Source: Catajapyx aquilonaris (lineage: Eukaryota). From it: 64,000 bases of DNA. The stretch lies in assembly GCA_000934665.2 (NCBI GenBank), contig KZ537960.1, positions 1-64,000 on the forward strand, given 5' to 3'. Shown in pieces: positions 24,601 to 36,600 of this stretch. A program made the position numbers and the translations under genes. Each line of letters starts with the position of its first letter. Position 1 is the stretch's first letter. The notes under the pieces were generated by a model. It was not told where the DNA came from. It did not search any database and saw only the letters and a program-made list of their open reading frames with translations.

Positions 24601-27600
24601 CAAACTTCCTTATTTATAGAGATAGAGATTACGGTATGCTTTATGTAAATATGGAGCATTCTTTCTATAGTACCAGGTAAGGGCATCATACTTTTTCCTA
24701 TCACTCCCCTGCCCCATTTTGAACCTTTTCTTTTGATTCCAATGTTTTTGGCTGCCTTTATTGCCTTTATTGCCACAATATTGTGAGATATTGTAATACC
24801 TACTCATATGCAAAAGGTGCCAGCAACATGTGCTCTCACTAGTCCACTGCATAAGCTGAGAACAGCACATTTTGTAAAATGTTGATTGCTCCTAGGGTGG
24901 CCCCGGGGGTGTTTAAGAAATGAGTGGCATGACTGGCATCAATAGATCCAGATCCCCATACACTTTCTAGTTCATTAAGTTTGAAACAAAAATATGTGAC
25001 AAACAGAATGCCCCAATGCCCCAGTAGAATGTGAGCTGAAGGCCACAGTTATTGATGTACTTGTTCATCATCTCATAAGCAGACATTTATAATTTGCATA
25101 AAAATTTACTACTTCTTGATTGGATGATTTTTTTCAGTGATTTGCAGTATCAATACCATGAAATAACCTGATACACTTTATTTTTGACTCAAAAATTTAA
25201 TCATGTGACCCACTACTTTACCCTGCTGGACTTCAGCCAGTGGTCTATTGGGGCATTCAATATCACTTCCTTTGTGAGAGGTGGGGTTGGGAGAGAGCCT
25301 TCCAGGCAGTATCCCCTAGAAGTGTCCAATTAAAAGTGGCCAAGATGAATGTGAGCAGGAGGCGCCATTTTTTGGCGACTAAAATTATGTGGGTGTGCTG
25401 TACTTGTGCATGATCCATTGTAATACATTGCATGGCATTTGGAGATGCATGATATGATGCTGGTGGATATCCTGGATGCACTTTTGCATGCTTTTGATAT
25501 CTTTTGTAACCCATGCAAAAATTGCATTATTCAATATGAAAGATTACTGCAGAGGTGTCAGTGTGCCCTTGACATGTCAAGGTGGCAATAGAAAAAATGT
25601 GTAAATGTCAGGAAAGCCTATTTTTTAATTTCACTCAAGGAACTGGGACACATTGCTAACATTGAAAATGAGAAAGTAATTTGTTATCAAAAGAAAAGGT
25701 TAAAATGGGCAGGGGAGTGATTGGAAAAGACTGATGCCCTTACCTGGTATTATAAAAATAATGCTCCGTATTGACATAAACCACCATAATTATTTACAAA
25801 CAAATCCATTCCTGAAGGCCAAATGTACCACCGTGAACAAAAAGTGTACAGACAAAAGCGTACATGTACATTATTCATTTGAGGAATATTTATGCACCCT
25901 AGTATGCACTAGTTATGTTTTTCTGTTTTCACGACAGACTGTATCATTTGGATGATTAAGTGGTTTTATTTAGGCTATTAATTTCTGTTTCAAAGGTCAT
26001 ACTGTATTACCTCACTTAAGGTGGCATGGTGGTATAAAACGAGGTTGACCAGCATGCCAGTATAATCTGCGGGTGGCTGGCATGCCACAATAACAGAGGT
26101 AGATTTACATAATTTTGATCCTTGTCTTTGTTGCAATGCATCTGATACTGTACTTAAATAATGTTACGGTGAAAAATGTGCGAATACAGAGCTGTGAGAA
26201 CAATTATGTAAGTTCATCAGTTGTACAGGTCATAGTGTGTGACCAGTCCCACTGTCAGCCTGTTCTGAGAGGGGAACCCTCCTAAACATTACAAAGGATC
26301 AAGGCACATTCCTTCAGTCCTTCAGTTTGCTCAGTAGTTCTCTGGCCGAAGATCGGTTGGGAATCAAAGGATCACTTTGTGTAGTAGTATCAATTTGTCT
26401 GAGAAGCCTCGTTACTCAGATAATAAAATCCAAACCAAATGTCTGAAATATCCTGGTAGGTATGCTTCCCTTCTAGCCGCCTTGAAATTTTAATTGAAAA
26501 TGTTGATGTGATTTGAACTTAAAGAACAATATTATGGGATGTGTCCGTACCGCAGAACATGGTGTAATGCATTCATTTGAGTAATAACAATTTTCATAGA
26601 GATCGTGATAATGTTGGTCTTAAATTAGGACTGTGCAACCAAGGATAACTTGGAAACCTATACTCCCCTTCTTCGTTGCATTTGCCACGAAACACTTTGG
26701 CCTTGCAGGGGATGGCCAGCCCCTGCCCTCGAACATTGGCCGGCAAAGTATGCACATGTCCACGGCTATACCGTTCAATGCACAAAGTTCAAGGGACTGT
26801 GCAGAACCAGTTTCAGAGCCACATATCACCGCAATTTCTAATTTAACGCGCTAGCTCTTGGAATCGCTCTACTTGCATGAGCGTCAAAAGGACCTCGGTT
26901 GTGCAAGAAGTTCGCGTGCAACCTCTTCCTCGTCACATTTTAGTGGGTCAAAGGGAGCCAGAGGAATATTTTTCCGGAAGCAGAGCGCAGACCCGTTATT
27001 TAACCTCATGAAGAAAGGTGGGTTGGGCACTTGGATGGCGCCGGGGCACATGAGGGCAGGTGGGGGCAGCAGCAACCTAGAGGGCTTCTCTTTCGTTTGG
27101 AGGCTTGGATCATCAGGGAAAGTTTCATTACCGTTGGACGAACAATTTTAGAGCCGACATGTATTTTTATATTGGGAACACTTGTAATACTGATCATTAA
27201 AATAAATGCGGGCTCTGCTGCGCTAATATGAGTCTCAAGAGGTTAAGCCCGGTTGTAATGATATCACTGCACGGGTTGGCAGAAAAATGGGCGTCGAACT
27301 GGTCGTAAGTTATTGGAATGGGTTGAAAAAGGGAGAGAAAATGCGCAGAATCGACTAGAAAGCGGATATTGAGCGAGGATTTGGACGATTAATAGACACC
27401 AATGATTGGGCGGAGTTCTTCATCCCGCATGTTCGTTAATTAAATATTGCGATTAAATTACGCGAGCAAATTTCCGGTTCCAACAAAGCAATGATTGAAG
27501 TAGCTGGCATGGCAGAGAGAAAGCTTGTTCACACTATTTTTATATCCATATCATTTTTTTTTTTTGCATCTGTCACTGTCACTATGAATGCAATAGGGCC

Positions 27601-30600
27601 AGTAGGTCGTCTATTTGGTGCATGCCCATCACTTGATTGTTGACTACTCAGCCTGAGGAGTTTACTCTCAATTCTTGGCGCCATTATTTTTTTCGGTGTT
27701 GTTCTCACGCATGTTTCGTTTCCAAGAAGCCAATATTACGGGTCAGCTGGTCAGGAATGCATGCCAGTGCACTTGTGTGCCAATAGGTTCGATAATCGCG
27801 TTTTGGCCGAAATGTGGGCGTGTAATCAATGTATACCTGGGAGGTGAGCACCTTTTTGTTCGTCTTTCCTCGAAGGTACCTTTGGTAAGTTTTTGTGAGG
27901 TTAGGAGAGCAGGAGGCCGAGGGGTGACCCAGTGGCCGCCACTCCAATAGGTTAGGACTAGACTGTAGACTCTTCCTCATCTGGACGGTCACGACAATGA
28001 GGACCACTCGATAACTGTGGTCCGGTTATATTACATTGGATGAGGATCTTACAATTGAGCACATTTTATATTGATGCTGCGGCCACTATTTTTTTTCAAC
28101 ACATTGTTTCAAACTGGGCGTAGTTGTTGGTGCATGTGTTTGCACTTGTCAGAAGCAGATGTGTGTCCGGGGAAACCGGTAAATACTAGTGAGCTAGGGT
28201 AGGCTATAATTATTTTTTTGGTGGAATAAATAACATGGCGCTATCTTGTGAAATTGGCGGTGGGTGCTTCGGGTTATCGTCCTTGACGGGAAGGTGAGCA
28301 CTGTGATGACTGCACTAACTCGTAAAGAGGAGAGAGTGAGCAATTTCATAACTATTCCTACAACCGGCTCTGGGTTGTATAGACCAACATTCTGGGAATA
28401 TGGGAGGTTTACATGGTTGCAATGTGAGGGGGCATGTGCACCTGGCAACCTGGAGTTTACCCAGAATGTGGTCATGCACGTTTTGAGGTGCTTAGAAGAA
28501 ACCGACTGATATGGAGGTGTGGCTTAGAACCAGTTATAACTATTGACTAGGCCCAAGTTCTGTTGGGGTGAGGCACAAATTCGATTTAGATAATATCAGT
28601 CTCAATATGGATGATCTAATACCACTGTAGGCATATGCATAATGCAAGAATAGTGCTTGATTAGCAATTTTTTCCCGTCCGCATTAGATTAACATAACTG
28701 CTGTTTATTCCCAGTTGAATAGTATTCAGTCATTATTTTGTGTAGAAGAGTCCTGTGGGTGAACTTTGCATTTCCAAGCGTGTCCCGTGACCAAAATTTA
28801 AAAGGTCCCTGAGGGCGTTCTGGGTAATTGTGCCTTTCCCCGAGATGTAGGCAATTTATAATGCAAATGAAAGAGGACTGGGTGTGGAAGGGTGCCGATA
28901 AATGCCTCCTGGTGCGATGGAGATTAGTCCTGGGGCTTAGAGAGCTAAGGTGTTGTTTTTTCCTCACTTGACACGATTGTTATTAGAAAATGTTTGTGTA
29001 AGTCTGATAGATTTATAGAGGGTGGAGAAGACAATTTTAAGATTATGAAGTTCTGGATATTTTTTCTTCTGTAAATTACGTACCCATACTTACATGTTTT
29101 TGGCGATTCTGTTGGCTATAAGGCTTGAAGGATAGTGAAAACAGAAATCATGAGTTGAGATGTATGCAGCATTTTTTTTATATAAAAATCTTAAATACAA
29201 ATTACAAACATTATGCAAGTCTTGGATGTTGATCATTTTTCGTCACATGGTGCCTGTGTGGAAATCACCTGTTATTGCGACCGTTACGTTTGGTGATTGG
29301 GATCACAGGAAAAGCTCAGGTCGTGCCTAATGACAATACATTATTTGTGAAATTTAGACCCACGTGCACTACACACTCATTACACTAGCAATAACTTACG
29401 AGGGTAGCTACAAGGTGAGTCTTTGTCGAGTCTCACAGTTTGTGCGGGGGGTTGTCGGATGTATGGCGCAGCTGGGTAGGTCACTACTGCTCGTACTCTT
29501 TGCCAAAAACGGGAACGTAAAATAGGGCCTGGTTGTTGGTTTCTGCCTCGTCTTGGTCAGTCATCAGGTCGTCTGCTTCGTCGTCTTCTACCTGTCGAGA
29601 GCCTTCCTCACGACCTTCTGGTCTCTCCTCATCCTCTTCGGCTTCTTCGTCGCTACCGGAGTCGTCTCTTGATACTACTCCTGGTGGACCGTCGTCATCA
29701 TCGTCGTCGTCGTCATCTTCAGGGTCAGAAACCCTGACGAGCACAATGCGTTTGTTACCGTCTTCGGTTTCTTCCACGAACACATGCTCTTTAGCATCAT
29801 CTTCTTCTGATGAGGATGTTGCCAATGCAGCACGGTCCAGATCTACGCCTTCTGCTGATTTCTCTGCAGATTTCTCTGCCGATTTCTCTGCAGACTTGTC
29901 TTCCTCGCTGTCTACTTGTTCAGATTCCTCCTTCACCTTGACTTTGTCCTTGTTCTTCTTCTTTGAAGATGAATTGAGCTCGGTCAGATCGAGCTGGTTC
30001 TCTTCGAGGGGAGAGAGAGTAGCGGCACTGTCCTTGACTTCCTGAGCCTCAGACTCCTTACGCCTTCTGTCTTCATCTTCATCGTCGTCTTCCTCGTCTT
30101 CGTCACTCTCGCTGTCGTCGTCTTCCTCGTCATCATCCTCGTATTGGCGCTGCTGGCGGGATGGCTGCTGGGTGGTTCCAGGTTCCTCTGGTTCTACGGT
30201 GGTGATGCTTCTTCCAGATGCTACTGCGGCGTCCTCCTCCGAGACTGGAGCATCGGTGGGCTGTGGCAGCACCTCGTTGTCCTCCACCACGCTTTCCTCC
30301 TTGGGGACCTCTGGTTCGCCCACAGACTCCTGGACTGGTGGTTCAGGTGCTGCTACCTCTTCAGACCTCTCGACAGGAACACTGTCGGCTTCCTGAGCTT
30401 GAGGCGGCTCAGTAGGAACCTCTTCTTCTTCCTGCACCGTGACCTCCTTGGGAGGGTCCACCACTAAGCTGGACTCTGTGGCAGTCTCTGCTGGGACATC
30501 CGGAACCACGCTGTCTTGTGGCTGTTGTTCGACAGGTACAACGGCTTCGGGCTGTTGCTGAGGGACGTTCTGGCTAGCCACGGAGGAGTAGTCTCCGATG

Positions 30601-33600
30601 ACCAGAGGGATCGACCTTTGTGCTGCTGGTGCTGCCAGGGCTGCACCCACCACGGCGAGGATGATTATTAACGGCCTCATTGTTGCGCTTCCTGGAGAGG
30701 AAAGACCTTGGAGTTAAAGAGCGAAGACGATGGGGGGTTGCATGCACATTTGGGGCAAGGTAGGGTGGTTCCCTGTACGTTAGAATCGAGAGGTCAGATC
30801 GAGCTCAAATAGTCAAATAAAGTAACCATGGCACATTAACCGCCCAAGTAGCCCATGTAGTAACTAGATCATCTGCATAGTTTGACATGAATAAGCTCAA
30901 ATGAAACAGGTAGTCGTAATCAGATGCACAATTTAGTAGAGTGGTTTACCTTCGAACCTGGCTACATTTGCGAAAGAATTGCTATTTTGGAAGTTCCAAA
31001 TATGATTGCAGACACTCGCTATTTCATGGATCCTGTAAGTGCACACTTCTGAATCGCGTGCTACAGATAGTGGCACTCGCAGGATGCATGGAAAAAGGAG
31101 TGTCCGTAACAATACTGTATTTTGTCGATAGTACACTATATGCAGGCTGAGGTAATGATTTTGCAAGTTCAATGCAACAAGTACGTTCATGTACACGTGA
31201 TATACGCCAAAAAATAATGAACTTCGAATCGTATATGATTACATAAATATGCATTGGGTTTACACAATGGCTAAGACCGCGAAGAATGCATATCTTGTCG
31301 AAGTAAAGGTAAATGGTCGCCGATATGACCTCAGCGTATGATCGATAAAATCCACGTCCTTCATAGCTGCATCTGACATTTGGGCATTGTTCATGACCAC
31401 CATTTTTCCTGTTCCCAGAAATCCCGTGGACTGTCCCTTCGATTGTCAGAACAATGTTTAACGCGAGTGGTCGTCCAATATCAATAGCCTATTCATTGGT
31501 ATACCAGTTTCCTACCAGGATCTGCCTTTGAGGCCAGCGGAATGCCCTGATCGTGACAAAGCAGGTAGCAGCTGCATCACTTGTTTTTATTACCGCATCG
31601 GCATAGTAATGCGATACATGACGCGGATCTGACCCCAAACTTATGTTACAAAATGGTCACCGAAAGTGGCAGAAAATACCGTCACGTTGGCGGATTTGAT
31701 GTTGCTAGGAGGTCTCGTTCGCATTTTCACAAAGGGCCACTGACAGTCAGGAATCTGGCTCCGTTCCGTTATTGCCTTGGGAACATACAATTCCCCTAGC
31801 CAAAGCCATTCCACTACTTTTTTTTTTATGTGTGAGTGTGTGTCGGCATTTTGGATTTACATCCTCTCCCGCTTGACAACTCCCACCCCGGACCACTGGG
31901 AGATGACCGAATTGACCAAACCTGAACATGATACCAGGATGTGTAAAAGTACTTGACCGTAATTGCTTGTTCATAAATAATTCAAAATAAAAAATGGGGG
32001 GGAATGCACTGAACAGCAACAAAACGGGCGTTTTTGGCTTTAAAATGCCAGGATGTTTCATTTCCGTACATTACAGCATGTTATGTACGCGTGAGCAAAA
32101 AGCCATGGCCCTTGACCCTGACCCGTGAAAATTTCATGCCGCAATCGTAGGCTGAGACGACCCGAAACCACCTGGACTAACCGGATTTGATATAACGGTG
32201 ATACATTCCAAGAACTTGAAGAGAATTTTCCTCTAACTTTATCAGTTGACATTTTGGTACGGTGGCTATAATCCCACTTTTTTTTTTTAACTCCCAAACC
32301 GCGGGTATGACATGTAGGAAAATTGGGCCTATAAGGAACCACTTCAATTATAAGGCTGCCAGACGCACTGTCAGATTTTTAATTGCGGCACCACTGGAAT
32401 CGACTGAAAATGTACAAGGTCCTTCACCTTGATTTCTTTGTTCAGGCGGTGCTACCTGGCGAATAATTTAGCAATGTCTTCAAGTTCAAGATATTAATAT
32501 CACTGGTTTTAGGTTATGACACTCACTTTCACAGACTTACCTGAGTTGGATTTTCCGATGATAGGTGTAGTCTGAGGTTTAAACTGTATAAAGGTGGGGG
32601 TGGTTCCCACCGTCACAACTACCTTTTGGGCTTGGAACCAACCCTGTGGCGCCCTTACCAGAGCTTATATAGTGGGGTTGAGGGACCTACCATGTGGACA
32701 TGCCTTTTTTCCCCTATCCCCCACCTCCACTCCCATGGCATCCTGTAAACCTTCCCGGCTCTGGAACGAGCATGAAACTCACCTGTGCACGTCAAGGTTG
32801 CCAAGGACCACTTCTTGCGCCTGCTTCATTCAATTTGCGATGGTTCTGCAATTAGAAAAGGGCCACGGGTGGGGAATGTAAATGGAAATAATAGATGAGG
32901 TATGCTGTACTCACGTGCTGTACTTATTGAAGTGACAGCTCATTTCTCGGCGAATAGAGTGGGGAGTTTAATATTGATGCAACGCTTTCCAGGATGTATT
33001 TGCATGGGGAAAGGAGGAAACTTCCTAGGGTGTTTCGAAGATGCGATTTGCATGGAATAGAAGTGTAAGAAGCATGATTTGAATTTCTTTTCCGCTGCTA
33101 AGTAGGAAACAAAAGTGCAGGATGTGGTGTAATATGTGAATAGGAAGTCTGTGACAGAGCGTGACATGGAGGGTAAATAGGCAAATATTAGCACAGCAAT
33201 TGATCAGCAGTACCCTGTTGATTATAATAATTTAATAAAAATTTATTATATTATTATATTAATACAGGGTGTAAATCCTAAGCGAGGGGAGGCGAAGTGG
33301 CGCAACGGTAACGTTCGCGCCCACGGATGTTAAGGTCCCGGGTTCGATCCCGGCCCGGGGACACCCCCTTCATCTCGTGCAGAGTAAAGTGTCGTCTCTG
33401 ACTTCGTCTCGGGTGGTATTTCCTACAGACTAAACCACCCGGGGGAGCTCACAAAACGGCCACATGCGGACAAGGCACTGCACTTGCACATCCCCTCCTG
33501 TCACCCCTTCCTGCCCGTGGGCCCGGGCGTGATAAATAGGATCCAGCTGTACTGATGATTAATAATAAAGGTCCAGGCAAAACCCCAATAGGGGTACGCC

Positions 33601-36600
33601 CATACCCAATTATTATTATTATTATTAAATCCTAAGCGTGTCACCAGAAAAGATGGTAGTAGAGGGCACAGGTGTGAGCATTTTTGTATGAGGAACTAGG
33701 GGTCGGAAACGCACCCTCACCCACTCCGCCGCGTGCCGCACGCCTTTGCACACTACCTGCCGCAAACTTGAAAGGGGCGTAACTCGGTGAGGGTGCGTTT
33801 CCGACCCCTAGTTCCTTATGCAAAAATGCTCACACCTGCGCCCTCTACCACCATCTTTTCTGGTGACACGCTTAGGATTTACACCCTGTATAATAATTTA
33901 ATAAAAAGTGATTTTGATCTCTCAATGCAATGGGGTAATTTTTTTAAAGTGATTTTTAACTCAATCTTCCATTTTGAGTAAAGGCTGGAAAATTGCTGAG
34001 TTTAAAATTTTTATATTTCAAAATTGAGTGCCACTTTTTCGGTTCCGCAATGCTCGCCAAATGGACCAGATTTTCAGCCAGTGCCACAGTCTTGAACCTG
34101 ATTTTATAGGCATATAGTAAAGAACAGGAGGCGCCAAAACGGTTGGATGGTTGTGAAATGTGTTATGCCATTGTGAATCCATCATGCTTCATGTGACCTT
34201 GATTTTTTCCAGCAGTGGACCCCCCCTTATTTTGACCAGAGTTTTTGCTTCTTCAGACTTTATGGCCACCCCCCTATAATGCGAGTTGAACTATTATTTT
34301 CAATCACGGTGGCAGTTTTTACAGCCTCCTCCGACCGGAGAAAAAGGAATAGTTTCAAAGGGCTTTATAACCACGTAATCAGGATAAACGCTTCAGCAGT
34401 TGGCTGGGTGCGAAACGTAATAGGTAACGTTGCCGGAGCCAAATTGCCTGGAATGGCGGGACGCAGGTGTAACTTGTAATGAACCAGTAATAAGCCCCGT
34501 AAAGTTTGTCTGGGCTCGCAAAAAGCTGGAGAACCTTCGCGATTGATAAAAATGTGATCTGGTGTCCTCAACTTTTTTGGGCAGTATTTATGTTGAGAGT
34601 GTGGAATAAATTGTAGGAAATAGTCTGGCGCAGTTGGGGAATTGCACCATGGAGGATACTTGTTTTGGGAGGTTGACATATAAGAGGGGTCGTGGTGCTT
34701 TCCTTAGGGTGTACTGTACTATGGTGGAATGTGCGGTAATAGTTACAGTTGGGTTGATTAAAATGTATGGGAATATATACTGCAAGTTTATAATTTAATA
34801 TGCGAATAATTTTTGTAATAAATTAGGATCTGCTGGTTGGAAACTAACAGGAAGAGATAGTTCCGGACCACCATGTGGAAGCGTGGGAAATAGACAACGG
34901 CACGAAACATTTAATTGCCGTACCCTGCAACTCTCACCTCATTTGGCATGTTTGCGCATACCGTCCGGTGCGAACGTCTGCGACGCACGGAACTTCCTGG
35001 GTACATCACATTTGGAGTAACTGCGGGAAAATGGCGACAAAATTGCGGGCTTGTTTGGTACAGTACGGTCATCCAGGTGAGAAGAAACCTGTACATGGCA
35101 TTTGAACTCTACAGCCGGTTGCTGTGGCCCTGCCGAAGGCCACTTGTCTCGACGGAAAATTGGTACATCGGACCGGTTACGTAACATTTGGCTGGAAGAT
35201 ACAAAAATTTCTGTGGACGAATATTATTTTGGATGAGGTCAAAAATTCTTTTTCGTGCATTATGGACGGAAGTGTTGCAGTCGGCGTGATTTCGAAAATG
35301 GCAAGCCTCGCCCCTTTTGGCCCGTTTGAAACAGTACAGTTCAGTTACGCCGTGGGCTAGCAGTACATGCTGTGCAACTCTAGACAATCCTAACGAGGTT
35401 GGGAGAGGGAAAAAACACGTTCTCAAGAGTGCACATTGTGCTCGCAGTTTGGAGCTATCTCTAGGTGCGATCTAGTTGTACCGAATTTTTGCAGGTCATA
35501 CCAGAAATTACGACCTCTTATTATATGGGGGGGGGGGGGNNNNNNNNNNNNNNNNNNGCAAGTATAGGATCAATGTCCGCTGATGAGCATAAATGGAGCA
35601 ATGGCAAGGTGAAGGTGAGATGACCACCTTGGAAGTAGAGGAATATTATAAAAAAATTGGAAATTGGGCAAATGATGTGTACGGCCATGACTAGGAGGCC
35701 ATGTCTTCAGGCAGGGCAATGAACCGCACGTGGGATAAAATAACAGTGAAGGCCTTCATGAACGCACGTTTTTTTTTTTTAAAAAGAGCTAAAGTACTGA
35801 TTCGATTATGAGTGACGTGACTCGGTACGTTTTTTTGGAGAAATGTGGTGTCCTACATGTACAGGTTGGGTAAAAAGTTCAAGGACGACTGCATATTATG
35901 GGGGGTTTCCTTATTGCTTTTTAGCAGGTTTGTTCTACATGCCGTACACATTTTTGGGGATAATTTTTGTATGCAGGGTTACCTGCTGACTCACTAGATA
36001 GGCCTATTAATAAGTTATGAACTTCGTAGAATCTTGAGGGTTTCTGCTAGCCAGTTCACCTTGGGGTCCAAATGACGAAACCCCGGTCATCTCGCAGGTG
36101 GAGGCTGCTGGCATGATGGTGCAAAAAAACGTGTAATGACCCTGTCCAATGTTGCTTTGCTATAAATGGAAGTTGCACATGCACAAATCCGGCTGGATAA
36201 AAACGCAAGGGGACATTCACTCTCTGCTGACGTGATCTAACTTAAGGATTAAACCGCTTGCTTTTATCTACATTATAGTTGCCGGTAGATGCCGTGAGCG
36301 ATCATGAGACAATGCGGGACCGGATGCTGTCGTGCCAATTTCGTCTACCCGAGGCGGACGGCCCGTCTCCAGGGGCAAGGCTGATTGTGGCCCGTCTTTT
36401 GTGTAAAGATCCGTTGAAGAGGCTGAGGACTATTAGGACCTTACAGCAGGAGGCTTTCTTTAAGGACTTCCCATTCGATGATGTGTATGCCAAAAAGGTA
36501 AGGGAATGATTCGATATTAAATTAGCTGCAGTATCCGCTAGATGGAGTTAGGCGAGTTTGAAGCCCTGCTAGGAGGCTACTCTGCTTGTATTGGAGCTGA

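Larger units (their letters stand above)
23117..25860. mobile_element. Large TIR element (TA TSD, ~175-bp TIRs) whose left TIR is split by a Helitron
   Basis: 23117-23184 joined to 24629-24737 forms the reverse complement of 25686-25860; TA at 23115-23116 and 25861-25862. Confidence 0.8.

Noticed and set aside
27004..27242. piggyBac-like TTAA-flanked element
   Set aside because: The inverted match is only ~8 bp with a mismatch.
29533..30467. Plus-strand Ser-rich ORFs
   Set aside because: Antisense shadows of the acidic low-complexity minus-strand CDS.
33286..33362. tRNA gene
   Set aside because: A/B boxes are present, but the sequence continues into a ~260-nt body with an (ATT)n tail and TSDs, so it is a SINE head.
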